Positions 22,129 through 30,648 of a DNA stretch of 42,182 bases are shown here, piece by piece. The position numbers were made by a program, and so were the translations under genes. The stretch comes from a virus (taxonomy: Duplodnaviria > Caudoviricetes). Numbering within the stretch: position 1 is the first letter of the stretch; each line of letters begins with the position of its first letter. The stretch is from IMG/VR virus record IMGVR_UViG_3300043618_000036, positions 1 to 42,182 of that record. One strand, given 5' to 3'. The notes below the pieces were generated by a model. That model was not told where the DNA came from, did not search any database, and saw only the letters and a list, made by a program, of their open reading frames with translations.

Positions 22129-22464
22129 TCACCTGCCGAGCAGGCTTCTGATGTCGTTGGGGAAGACCTGGAAGTTGCGCACAACGACCGTCTCCTGATC
22201 GACAGCCTTTATCCCCGGATAGCGAGAGTCTGCTTTGGCGAGCAGGTTCGCCACCACCTGCCTCAGCAGGTCAAACGTCGTAGCGGAGTGACTGCCGTCA
22301 GAGGCTGCACCCCCATCTCCTACAGGTGCGACGACGTACTTCGACAGCCCCTTGGTAGACATCTCGATGTATTCGGATCCGTAGGGCACAGAGATGGTCA
22401 CGAGGTACAGGAGGGTGCTGTCGGCAACATTGGAGGCGTGCATGAGCACTATTCGGTCGTCCAT
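22129..22464 (-). CDS. Hypothetical accessory protein (111 aa), lower GC, probably leaderless
   Basis: ORF with TAGCGT 6 nt before ATG. Confidence 0.6.
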   Translation of the reverse strand: MDDRIVLMHASNVADSTLLYLVTISVPYGSEYIEMSTKGLSKYVVAPVGDGGAASDGSHSATTFDLLRQVVANLLAKADSRYPGIKAVDQETVVVRNFQVFPNDIRSLLGR

Positions 22465-22809
22465 GTGGCGACGCTAGTCGATCAACCCCTCGTGTGGCAG
22501 GGGCTATTGGACAGCCCCCGCCACTTGTCCGGATGCTGTTGGCGAATTCGGAGTGTGATCGCGAAACGCGTCATCGGGCAGGGGCGACCTTGAAGCTCCG
22601 AGTACCTGCTCCTCAAATTGGCATGACGTTGGACTACGTGTAGGAACACGCCGGTGAAGGGGTGGAAATGTCTAGTCGGTCACTTGAAGTGCGGTACTTC
22701 TGGGCAAGGCTGATGCGGCATCCGGGCCGTTCTGCCCATCGGACTACACACGGTCGCCGCCGAGAGCTGCGGGGCCACCCGTTCTTGTAGCGAAGGAAAC
22801 GTGCTTCTC

Positions 22810-23088
22810 ATGCGTCTTACTCAGCGTCTCGTCACCGCACTCGGTGGCCTCGCCCTCGTTGTCTGCCTGGCACCGACCGCTGTCGCGGTCACTCAGCAGT
22901 CGGCGGTTTCGTCGGCGTCGCCGTGCCAGAAGGCCCTGGACGACGCCGCGATCACGCAACGGAATGCCGACACCGTCAACGACGACCCGAAGGCGACGCC
23001 GGAGGATAAGGCGGCTGCCCAGAACGAAGCCGACATGGCGGCGACCACGGCCCAGAGGGTCTGTGACAGCACCGAGCTGGCGAGCTGA
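22810..23088 (+). CDS. Small secreted protein (signal peptide, two Cys in the mature part); cassette passenger
   Basis: MRLTQRLVTALGGLALVVCLAPTAVA signal; alternative GTG start at 22801. Confidence 0.75.
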   Translation: MRLTQRLVTALGGLALVVCLAPTAVAVTQQSAVSSASPCQKALDDAAITQRNADTVNDDPKATPEDKAAAQNEADMAATTAQRVCDSTELAS

Positions 23089-23179
23089 GTCCGCGCCACT
23101 GTCACGCTGCTTGCGCTGCCCCCTTCACCGCGACCCGGGCTAACATGTCTGCGTCTTGATCACTTCGTCCCGTCGGAGT

Positions 23180-23272
23180 TCATCCGGCGGGACGAAGTGC
23201 TGCCAGGTGGGAGGTCCGGGTGTGAGCCCGAGGCATGTCCGCAATCCAGGCATCGAGGCGGGCGAGGTTGAT
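23180..23272 (-). pseudogene. C-terminal remnant of an IS1182-like transposase
   Basis: INLARLDAWIADMPRAHTRTSHLAALRPAG*, matching my recollection of actinobacterial IS1182 C-termini. Confidence 0.65.
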
Positions 23273-23349
23273 CACGGGTCTTGAAGACCGACGTCACGCC
23301 AGCCCTTGCATTCGCCAACAGCATCCTTGTCCGCTGCGGGGGCTGTTCG

Positions 23350-23450
23350 TGCCCGCCCCCGGGGTTGAACCGGGAACTCTGCGGGATGTGTACGGATCTC
23401 CCCGTTGGGGGGCCGGTACCGCGCACCTCTACCAGTTGGGTCAGGCGGGC
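23350..23450 (-). ncRNA. tRNA-like RNA (101 nt) with a 34-nt structured segment replacing the anticodon loop
   Basis: Acceptor GCCCGCC/GGCGGGC+A; D arm ACCC-AACTGGTA-GAGGT; T arm CCCGG-TTCAACC-CCGGG; anticodon stem GCGG/CCGC. Confidence 0.8.
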
Positions 23451-23484
23451 TGGAGCGTTGCTCTCGTCTTCGATACTACGGTCG

Positions 23485-23931
23485 TCAAGGCGGCGCCTCT
23501 GGGCTGCTGGTGGCGGACAGCCCGTACCGCTGGCTGCTGGTCACCACCCCGTCCGAGGTTCCTGTGTCGTCCGTACCAGCGTCGGCGTCCAGGTCCCGCG
23601 CCCACACATCCACTCCAGGGATGCCAAGTGCATTGACCCAACCACCGGTTGGGGTCCGTTCGAGGAGCGCCCGGCGCACCTTGTCGGCAAGCCATTCCGC
23701 CTGATCGGTGCGCGCGCCGACCGCCGTCACCTGGTAGAGGAGGACCGCGTCCTCCGCCTGGTCGGCAAGGGGAGCGCCGCCGATCGTCCCGCCGAGCGGG
23801 TAGAGGACCGTGTACGGCACTGGGGTGGGTTTCCCGCCGACCAGAGGGAGGGTGCCGAGTCCGCACGGCTTGCCGGTCGCCCCGGCCAGCATCTCCTGGA
23901 GCGCCCGGTTTACGGGCGAGCGGTCGATCAC
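23485..23931 (-). CDS. Tail terminator/completion protein (148 aa)
   Basis: PYTVLYP and YQVTAVG...QAEWLADKVR motifs; synteny. Confidence 0.75.
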   Translation of the reverse strand: MIDRSPVNRALQEMLAGATGKPCGLGTLPLVGGKPTPVPYTVLYPLGGTIGGAPLADQAEDAVLLYQVTAVGARTDQAEWLADKVRRALLERTPTGGWVNALGIPGVDVWARDLDADAGTDDTGTSDGVVTSSQRYGLSATSSPEAPP

Positions 23932-24164
23932 TCGTCGTCCTCGGTGAACTGGGCTGCGGCGGGCCCTTCGATGGACAGCACCCCGTATCGGCACATCCCG
24001 AGCGCGTCCCATTCCGGTACCCCCGGGGTGGCCAGCACGGTCAGCGATCGGTCCCCTTCACCATCGAGGAGTTCCGCGACCACCACGGCGCGGGCGAGCA
24101 TTCCGCGTTCGTGCCCGGCCAGCACTTCGGCCAGGGCTTCTTCCATGTCGCCGGTCAGGCTCAC
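23928..24164 (-). CDS. Hypothetical protein (78 aa) in the head-tail module
   Basis: GTGA overlaps on both sides. Confidence 0.65.
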   Translation of the reverse strand: MSLTGDMEEALAEVLAGHERGMLARAVVVAELLDGEGDRSLTVLATPGVPEWDALGMCRYGVLSIEGPAAAQFTEDDE

Positions 24165-24562
24165 AGCACCGCCTCCACGGCTTGCCCCAGGGTGCGCACC
24201 AGCGTGGGCCCGGTCTGCTCGACCGCCGGCCCCAGGTGCGGGAACGGCCGCTGCGCGTAGTGCCGGCCGAGGGAGTCGACGCCGACGAACCCGAACTCCA
24301 GCCTGCGCGCCTGCGGTGCGGCAGAGCCGACCTCGGCCACCACGACCGCTCCCGCACGGTGGACCTCGGAGCGCCAGGACGCCCGGTACCGGCCAGTGAT
24401 CACACGGGGGCCGGGACGCCCGGAAGCGTTCTGCTGGACCTGCTGTACAAGGGACTGCGCACTGTGCCGCATGACGGCTTCGGCCGCGACCACCGACCGC
24501 TGCGCGCCGCGTTCCAGAGCCGCCGCAAGGGCTCCGGGAGAAGTGAACGATCCGCCGCTCAT
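24161..24562 (-). CDS. HK97 gp10-like neck protein (133 aa)
   Basis: ITGRYRASW, ARRLEFG and PFPHLGPA motifs. Confidence 0.8.
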   Translation of the reverse strand: MSGGSFTSPGALAAALERGAQRSVVAAEAVMRHSAQSLVQQVQQNASGRPGPRVITGRYRASWRSEVHRAGAVVVAEVGSAAPQARRLEFGFVGVDSLGRHYAQRPFPHLGPAVEQTGPTLVRTLGQAVEAVL

Positions 24563-24978
24563 GCTGCGGCCTCCCGGTTGTGTTCCTCCAGCCACACTGT
24601 CCGCAGCACAGGGAACGACGACACCTCGGGAAGCGCCGTCACCCGGTAGATACGGCCGACCGCCTGCACGTCTCGCGCCTGGACCACCCGCACCTCGTCC
24701 CCTTCGCAGAGTTCGGGGGCCGACAGGGGAAGCAACATCCGGTACCCCGGACGTACCTCCTGCACCCAGGCACCCTCAGCCCCGCCACGGCTGCGGATAC
24801 GTTCCTGGTGCCCGTACAGACCCGCCTGCCCGGAGTGCACCACCAACCTGTCGATGGGGACGAGGACGCCCGTCGACGGGTCCAGAACCTCGCCGTCCGC
24901 CTCCCGCGTGATCCGCACGGTGTCCGGCATCAGGTGCCGCTGCGCGAACCGGGCAATGCCCTGCTGATCAAGCAACAC
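24559..24978 (-). CDS. Head-closure-like protein (DUF6093-like)
   Basis: LMPDTVRITR...DPSTG motif; synteny. Confidence 0.7.
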   Translation of the reverse strand: MLLDQQGIARFAQRHLMPDTVRITREADGEVLDPSTGVLVPIDRLVVHSGQAGLYGHQERIRSRGGAEGAWVQEVRPGYRMLLPLSAPELCEGDEVRVVQARDVQAVGRIYRVTALPEVSSFPVLRTVWLEEHNREAAA

Positions 24979-25342
24979 CTTCGGCCGCCCACTCCCGCAG
25001 TTGTGCCAGCAGGCCGCGCGTCAGCTCACCAGGAGCGCCGTCGAGGTCATCGCGGTCAAGGACCGCCGCATCGAGCTTCGCGGCGTCCACCGAGTCCAGG
25101 AACCCGATCACGACATGCCGAACGTCCGCAGGCTCGACGACCACGTCCGCGAGGCCATCGAACTCCAAGCCCTTCCAACCCGCTTGGACGTAGAGGGTCA
25201 GCTCGGGGCCCTCGTCCACTGTCTGTGTGATCCGGTACGCCGCGACTGCTGAGGCGATGTTGTGGCCGTCGATCTCAATCACCGCACCATTGCGCGAGCT
25301 TGCGGCGACCCGTACGCGGCGGGGGTCCTGATCTGTGCTCAT
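24968..25342 (-). CDS. Hypothetical phage protein (124 aa), probably leaderless
   Basis: IEIDGHNIASAVAAYRI; TACGCT 7 nt before ATG. Confidence 0.65.
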   Translation of the reverse strand: MSTDQDPRRVRVAASSRNGAVIEIDGHNIASAVAAYRITQTVDEGPELTLYVQAGWKGLEFDGLADVVVEPADVRHVVIGFLDSVDAAKLDAAVLDRDDLDGAPGELTRGLLAQLREWAAEGVA

Positions 25343-25725
25343 GATCATGAGCGTAGGTGTGCGAAGCACGCAGAATCCGCTGTCAGGCAAGGAGTCGTCT
25401 TGGCTGACGTAGCGTGTGAAGCATCCAATCAACCGAGCTGCTGGCTGCTTCTTGGTGCTGCTGGATGTGCCCCACCCTCACAGCCATCTGTGGGGGCGGG
25501 GCATGGTGCTGTGTGGCCCCCGTCCGCTGCGCACGGCGGTCGCGGCGGCATCGGCCGCTAAGGCTATGCGGGAGCGAGTCGGGGCTCGTCGAGCGGAGGC
25601 GCCTGGACAGGTTGCTCTCCGGTTCGAACGCGGTGAACGCCCGTTAGGAACAAGTGTGTTGAAGAGGGCTGGAAGCGATTCGATCGAATCGTTTGGTAAT
25701 CCCGTTCGCCGTTCGTGGTCCCGGT

Positions 25726-25759
25726 CCGGGAAGCAGGTTCGGCCGAACCTGCTTCCCGG
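25726..25759. terminator. Perfect 34-bp palindrome downstream of the Gly-rich gene
   Basis: ccgggaagcaggttcgg-ccgaacctgcttcccgg. Confidence 0.65.
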
Positions 25760-25846
25760 GGCATTTGTGCGGTTCCGTGCGCTGCTTCATGAGACGCGGA
25801 ACCCCGTCCCGGCCGCGCGGGCGCGCGGTTGAGCCGGTGGGTGGTA

Positions 25847-26665
25847 TCAGGAGGTGCCGGTTTTCGCGGTGTAGGTCAGGACCACGCATCCGTTGTAGCC
25901 CGGCTTGCCGGGGTTGGAGTCCTCCTGGACGGGGGCGCCTCCGCCGGAGCTCCCGGCACCCTGTCCGCCATAGCCGCCGGCACCGGCCATCGTGCAGGTC
26001 TTGAGGTTCAGCGGGCTCGCGCCCGGAAAGGCGCCGGCGGTCGGGTTGTTCTTGCTTGCTTCCTTGCTGGCGCTCCCGTCAGTGCCAGAGGTCTTCTTGC
26101 CGTCGCGGCCCTCGCACACGCCCTTCCCGCCGTTGCCGCCCTTGCCTCCGGAAACGCCGTATCCGCTGCGGAATTTCCCGGAGGCGTCGCCGCCTCGGCC
26201 ACCCTTCCCGCCCTCGGCGGATACGCGCTTGCTGCCGTAGGCAAGGGTGGTGCGGTTGCCATCTCCGCCGGAGAAGCCGTCTTTATCGCGGCCGTTACCG
26301 GCTGTGCCGCCCTGGCCGCCCTTGGCGACCCAGAGGATCATCGCGCGTCCGCCCTGAACAGGCAGGACGCACGACACACCGGCGGCGCTTCCGCCTCCGC
26401 CACCCCCACTACCCGTCAGGTCGTCCTTGTCGTTGCCGCCACCCCCGCCGCCTCCGCCGCCGCTGCCCACGACATTGACCTCGACCTGGCTGACCCCCTT
26501 GGGCACCTTGAAATAGATCTGGCCGGGCGAGTGGAAAGTCTTCACCGTGGGCGCGGGGGCTGGTGCGGGTGCGGCGACCACGGAGGTGGGCAGCAGCAAG
26601 GACGCGGCTGCCGTCACGGACAGCAGAACCGCGGACTGCGGCACGGCGGATGCGAGGAACTTCAT
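25847..26665 (-). CDS. Secreted glycine-rich domain protein (272 aa)
   Basis: Signal peptide; FKVPKGVSQVEVNVVGSGGGGG...GYNGCVVLTY; GxGG repeats; GGGAG RBS. Confidence 0.8.
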   Translation of the reverse strand: MKFLASAVPQSAVLLSVTAAASLLLPTSVVAAPAPAPAPTVKTFHSPGQIYFKVPKGVSQVEVNVVGSGGGGGGGGGNDKDDLTGSGGGGGGSAAGVSCVLPVQGGRAMILWVAKGGQGGTAGNGRDKDGFSGGDGNRTTLAYGSKRVSAEGGKGGRGGDASGKFRSGYGVSGGKGGNGGKGVCEGRDGKKTSGTDGSASKEASKNNPTAGAFPGASPLNLKTCTMAGAGGYGGQGAGSSGGGAPVQEDSNPGKPGYNGCVVLTYTAKTGTS

Positions 26666-26787
26666 GAATGACTCCCTACAAGATGATTGGGGCATAACCC
26701 ACCCTCCACCCAGGCATCGCCACGAAACTCAAGACACGACGACGATCACCCCAACGAGGTGGAACGACGGGGAGCGTCACGCTCCCC

Positions 26788-26856
26788 GTCTCTCATCCGT
26801 ACGTCACTGACACTTCTCACGGCAGAACAACTGAAGTTCTCGCGTGGCAGACGACA
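26788..26856 (-). mobile_element. Single transposon end (TGT-terminated, ~23-bp repeated sites), Tn7/Mu-like
   Basis: Minus strand reads TGTCGTCTGCCACGCGAGAACTTCAGTTGTTCTGCCGTGAGAAGTGTCAGTG; coincides with truncation of the adjacent ORF. Confidence 0.5.
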
Positions 26857-27057
26857 ACTGTGCCCGGTCGGCGCGCTGTTCCAGCCATCCCAGCCACCTG
26901 TCGTAACCGGGCCAGCCTTTTCAATCGCCCATAGGTTGCCCCACACCGCCCCAGGCGGGAGCCAGCTTCCCTGCCCGGGAGTGTTCATCCAGCCCAGGAG
27001 CCCGGCGGCCATCGCCCCACCGGCGGGCGGGCTGGAAGGGGTGTTCAGGTACAGCAC
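26857..27057 (-). pseudogene. Frameshifted, truncated DpdA/TGT-like gene
   Basis: MLYLNTPS...AMAAGLLGWMNTPGQG..LPPGAVW, then in another frame KGWPGYDRWLGWLE; next to VUT; family from memory. Confidence 0.5.
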
Positions 27058-27070
27058 CGGGTGCCTGCGC

Positions 27071-27685
27071 TCATGAAGGCGACACCCAGTCCCGGGCCAG
27101 GCGACGTACGCGGGCCGTACGAGGTCCCGCACTGCGCCAGAGCACAACCAGCAGCACAGGCACGGCGATAGCCCACGCCTTGCCGACCATCTGCCCCGGG
27201 ACAGCTGCCCAGAGCGGGAACCCGGCGATCGTGAGGAACACGATCGTGTCGAGGAGCGCGCCGAGGAGGGTGGCGGGGACGACGGCTCTCACCCAGCCGC
27301 GTCGGCGCAGCGGGGTGTACAGGCACATGTCCGCGCTCTCGGCGACGAGGACGGACGCCGCACTCGCGAACGCCAGGGCAGGCGGGGCGACGAGCGCGGA
27401 CAGCAGAGAGCCGATGAGGACCGCCGTCATGACGCCGCGACGCCCCAAAAGGTCCTGAAGGGAGTTACGGACCATGAGGGCGCCCCCGGCGAGGACCGTT
27501 CCGGCGGTGGCCGTCTGCCCGAACCCGACGGGGATCATCCCGTACGAAGCAGTCAGGGCATTCGCGCCGAGGAGTGCCCCCGCATACGCGGCCAGCCACC
27601 CCAGTGTCGGGCCGAGAGGGAAGACCGGCGGCGGTGTCGGGTAGGTGTTCTGCCAGCTGTGCGAGTGATGGGCGGGCACGGTCAT
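27071..27685 (-). CDS. VUT-family (YhhQ-like) queuosine-precursor transporter (204 aa)
   Basis: IPVGFGQTATAG, RNSLQDLLGRR, AESADMCLYTPLR, DTIVFL and GQMVGK motifs; multi-TM. Confidence 0.82.
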   Translation of the reverse strand: MTVPAHHSHSWQNTYPTPPPVFPLGPTLGWLAAYAGALLGANALTASYGMIPVGFGQTATAGTVLAGGALMVRNSLQDLLGRRGVMTAVLIGSLLSALVAPPALAFASAASVLVAESADMCLYTPLRRRGWVRAVVPATLLGALLDTIVFLTIAGFPLWAAVPGQMVGKAWAIAVPVLLVVLWRSAGPRTARVRRLARDWVSPS

Positions 27686-28002
27686 CGGCGGGGCCTCGCG
27701 CGCAGGTGGATGGCGGCCACCAGGTCGTGGCCGCCGGATGGTGCGTCGTCGGGTGCGGGTTCGGTGAGGAGCTGTCCGGCACGTCGTTCGAGGGCGGTCA
27801 CGTTGGCGGAGTTGTCGATCGTGACGACCCCGTTGACGGTGACCTTCAGCGGTTCGGCGAGAAGGGCTGCGATCCGCTCGTGCAGCACCTCCAGGGCGAC
27901 GGCGCGGGCGGAGTGCAGGCGGTCGTACCGACTGGCAAGGTCGGTGAGGTCGGTGTCGGGGCCGAGCTGGGAGACAAGCCAGCTCTGTATGTCGCTGTTC
28001 AC
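27682..28002 (-). CDS. Putative head-tail adaptor (106 aa)
   Basis: Downstream of capsid; ARAVALEVLHERIA. Confidence 0.6.
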   Translation of the reverse strand: MNSDIQSWLVSQLGPDTDLTDLASRYDRLHSARAVALEVLHERIAALLAEPLKVTVNGVVTIDNSANVTALERRAGQLLTEPAPDDAPSGGHDLVAAIHLRARPRR

Positions 28003-28083
28003 AAGGGGTTCCAGAAGAGGGTGGGAAGGGTGACGGCGGGGAGCATCCGGTTGCCGGTTGCTCCCCGCCGTACGGGGTCGGCC

Positions 28084-28299
28084 CTAGACGGTCTTCGTCT
28101 TCCGGGCGGACGTACTCGGGGCTGCCTTCGGGCCGGGCGGTGCACCCTCCTGCCAGCAGCGCGGGTTGGTGATCTGCTCGGCGATCGCCGGGTTCGCCAC
28201 CTCGGTACCGGGCAGGAGCACCACAGGGATGCGCTCGACCGGGTCCAGGACGTGAACGGCGCAGCTCAGGGTGCCGAGTGCATGGACGGCGGCGCTCAC
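28084..28299 (-). CDS. Small capsid-adjacent protein (71 aa)
   Basis: GTGA overlap with capsid stop; AEQITNPRCW. Confidence 0.65.
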   Translation of the reverse strand: MSAAVHALGTLSCAVHVLDPVERIPVVLLPGTEVANPAIAEQITNPRCWQEGAPPGPKAAPSTSARKTKTV

Positions 28300-29345
28300 A
28301 GGACGGTGGCCGTGATGTGGCAGTCCGGGGAGTAGAGGACCGGCATCGCTGCCGCGGCGCCCTTCGTCCACACCTGAACCGGGTCGTCCTGGACGTCGCG
28401 GGTGATGACGATGCCGGGGGCTTCCTGCCGCTCGATCTGCGGGTTCGTGCTCCGGGAGAGGGCCAGGGATTCGGCGGTCGTGCCGTACTGGGTCTGACCC
28501 CACTTCGCCCGGTCCGGGGGCAGCATGATCCACCGGTCCTCGGGCAGCACCCGCTTGGACACGTCGTCCTGCCACACCTGCGCCTTGTACAGGGTGACCG
28601 GCGGCAGACCATAGGTGCCGCGTACCGAGTTGACCTGCTGCGGGTTCAGGACCGCCGTCGGCGTCTGTCCGCCTGCCGGGGTGCCGTAGTACGCCGCCCG
28701 GTACGCGCCGTTGGACGCCAGGTGTGAGTACGCCTTGCGGCTAGTGAGGACATGCTCGGGGGCCGGGGCGCCGATCGATTCGAGGTAGGCGATCCACCGC
28801 TGCTCGTCCGCGATCGGATCGGCGTCCGGGGACGACCACGGCTTGGGGGCCGTCGGCATGTTCGCGGCCGGGACCCCGTAGTCGACCTCGACGGTGAGGC
28901 CGTTCTCGCCCTGGAGGGAGAACTTGCCGTCCACCAGGACGTCGCCCGCGGCGAGTTCGAGGCGGGAGCGGATGGCTTCGACGTGCCGTTCGGTGTCGTC
29001 GTAGAGGAGTTCCACCAGCCGGTCGTCATCCGCACCACGGGATGCGTCGAGGAGCAGCTGCTCCATCTCGCCGATCAGGAGCTTCTGGCCCAGAGCCGGA
29101 AGGGTGCCCTCGGTCTGGGTAGTCTCCGCCTGCCGCTTCGCGAACGGCACGCTCGTGTCGTAGGCACGGTAGGACGCCGCGTTCACGCGCCGCTTCGACT
29201 GCCGCACCCGCCACTTCACATCGTTGACCCGCGTCTCCGCGAACACCGACTTCGTGAGGAGGAAGTCCTCCGGGGTGGGGATGGTGCGCGCGTACGTGGT
29301 CAGGTCCGCCACGGACACGTTCTTGAGGAGGTCGGCGATGCTCAC
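28296..29345 (-). CDS. Major capsid protein (349 aa)
   Basis: ASYRAYD, LPALGQK, VDYGVP and DDPVQVWTK motifs typical of lambda-E-like actinophage capsids. Confidence 0.9.
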   Translation of the reverse strand: MSIADLLKNVSVADLTTYARTIPTPEDFLLTKSVFAETRVNDVKWRVRQSKRRVNAASYRAYDTSVPFAKRQAETTQTEGTLPALGQKLLIGEMEQLLLDASRGADDDRLVELLYDDTERHVEAIRSRLELAAGDVLVDGKFSLQGENGLTVEVDYGVPAANMPTAPKPWSSPDADPIADEQRWIAYLESIGAPAPEHVLTSRKAYSHLASNGAYRAAYYGTPAGGQTPTAVLNPQQVNSVRGTYGLPPVTLYKAQVWQDDVSKRVLPEDRWIMLPPDRAKWGQTQYGTTAESLALSRSTNPQIERQEAPGIVITRDVQDDPVQVWTKGAAAAMPVLYSPDCHITATVL

Positions 29346-29770
29346 GCGCCCACCGCCGGCAGGAAGCGGATCTGCGCACCGGCCGGACTCGGAACGATCT
29401 TCGACGTGTCGATGCCGCCGGGGATCTTCTGGACCTTGGCTGTGCCGTGCCAGAACAGGGCGGCCGGAACCTTCGTGGTGCCCGGCGTGTACGCGGCCTC
29501 CGCGTACACCAGACCGGCGAGTACAGCCCGTCCGTCGGTGGCTGCCGGGTCGTAGACCCCGTACAGGCCCGACGTGGTGATGCGGCCGACCGGGACGCCG
29601 GAGCGGACGAAGCCGTGGATGTTGCCCGGCGACGGCTCGACGTAGTGCGTGTTCTTGGTGAACTTCGTCAGATCGAGAGTGATGGTCTCCGTGCTGTCGG
29701 TGCCGTGCCGGGAGGCGAGCCAGTCCCGGTCAGCGGTCACCGTCACGGAGGTCGTGTACGGCTGAATCAC
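29342..29770 (-). CDS. Head decoration protein (142 aa)
   Basis: SGVPVGRITTSGLYGVYDPAATDGR; immediately upstream of capsid. Confidence 0.82.
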   Translation of the reverse strand: MIQPYTTSVTVTADRDWLASRHGTDSTETITLDLTKFTKNTHYVEPSPGNIHGFVRSGVPVGRITTSGLYGVYDPAATDGRAVLAGLVYAEAAYTPGTTKVPAALFWHGTAKVQKIPGGIDTSKIVPSPAGAQIRFLPAVGA

Positions 29771-29868
29771 GCCGCGTCTCCTGGTGGTGCTTGAAGCTGC
29801 ACACACTCACCGGACGGTGGCGTCGTCCACGAGACAGCGGGGCGTGGTCCCCAACAGCGATTGGTACG

Positions 29869-30540
29869 TCAGTCGTTGGCCGGGAGCAGGCCCCGGCGGC
29901 GCGCCATCTCCACACCGGCCGCACCCGGCTTGCGGTCCACCGCACCCGGGCGGGCAGGCGGCACCGAAGCAGGGGCACCACCCGGGGCTGCCGGGAGAGC
30001 AGGGGTGCTCGCCGGAGTCGGGCTGAACAGCTCCGGGCGACGGGACTTGAGGTCGTGCACCGCCTCACCCACAGCCGTTTCGTCGGCGTCGTCCGCGACC
30101 CGCAGGAGCGCCACCGCGTCATCGAGGTCACGGCCCAGCGCACCGACGCCGGCGAGCAGAGCACGGCGGGCCGCGTCCCTCTCCCGCGACAGGGCTTGCG
30201 CCTCCCGGGCGACGGCAGTCTTCTCCCGCTCCACGAGTAGCTGTTCACGCCGCTGGGCCTCGGTCAGCTGCTCCTGCTCGGCCTGCCGCTGCCCAGACAC
30301 GTACTCGGACAGATCGGTGGTGCTGGCAAAGCCGAGCTTGTCGGCCAGGGTGCGCAGTGCGGCACGGCCGCCCTGGTCCTTCTCCCGGGCGAGAAGCGTG
30401 TTCAGCTTCGTCTGAGTGAGCGTGACCGTGTGGTCGTCATTCGACGGGTCCTCGGAGGACGCTCCGACGATCGGGAAGATGGGGCGCCCGTCACGGCGGT
30501 AGCCGAGCACAGAGTGCGGTGCGGGCAGGCTGCGGGTCAT
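29869..30540 (-). CDS. Capsid scaffolding protein
   Basis: GYRRDGRPIFPIVGAS N-terminus, coiled coil, RPELF; alternative starts up to 30561. Confidence 0.78.
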   Translation of the reverse strand: MTRSLPAPHSVLGYRRDGRPIFPIVGASSEDPSNDDHTVTLTQTKLNTLLAREKDQGGRAALRTLADKLGFASTTDLSEYVSGQRQAEQEQLTEAQRREQLLVEREKTAVAREAQALSRERDAARRALLAGVGALGRDLDDAVALLRVADDADETAVGEAVHDLKSRRPELFSPTPASTPALPAAPGGAPASVPPARPGAVDRKPGAAGVEMARRRGLLPAND

Positions 30541-30564
30541 CAAGGTGTGTGCTGCTCCCACGAT

Positions 30565-30601
30565 GGCCCCGCGCCACGACTGAGTCTACGGACGCCAAGA
30601 C
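30565..30601 (-). promoter_or_regulatory. Promoter-like motif TAGACT-N7-GGCGCGGGGCC
   Basis: Aligns with 2766-2803. Confidence 0.6.
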
Positions 30602-30648
30602 GGCACCCTGGCGTGCAGGCCCGTGGCCGTCTCCGGCATGATCATTTC

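Larger units (their letters stand above)
22531..23326. mobile_element. 796-bp non-autonomous IS1182-like cassette with perfect 17-bp IR and 6-bp target duplication
   Basis: GGATGCTGTTGGCGAAT at 22531-22547 and inverted at 23310-23326; TTGTCC at 22525-22530 and 23327-23332. Confidence 0.9.
22511..23346 (-). terminator. Terminator-like hairpin split by the cassette (arms 22511-22521 and 23336-23346)
   Basis: acagcccccgc and gcgggggctgt are reverse complements; follows the tRNA-like RNA. Confidence 0.7.

Noticed and set aside
23350-23450. tmRNA, canonical tRNA or attachment-site remnant
   Set aside because: Too short for tmRNA and lacks G3:U70; no 7-nt anticodon loop; both tRNA halves are present in the middle of the structural module with no integrase nearby
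25381-25846. Left end matching the transposon end at 26856
   Set aside because: No TGT-initiated repeat array or matching target duplication found
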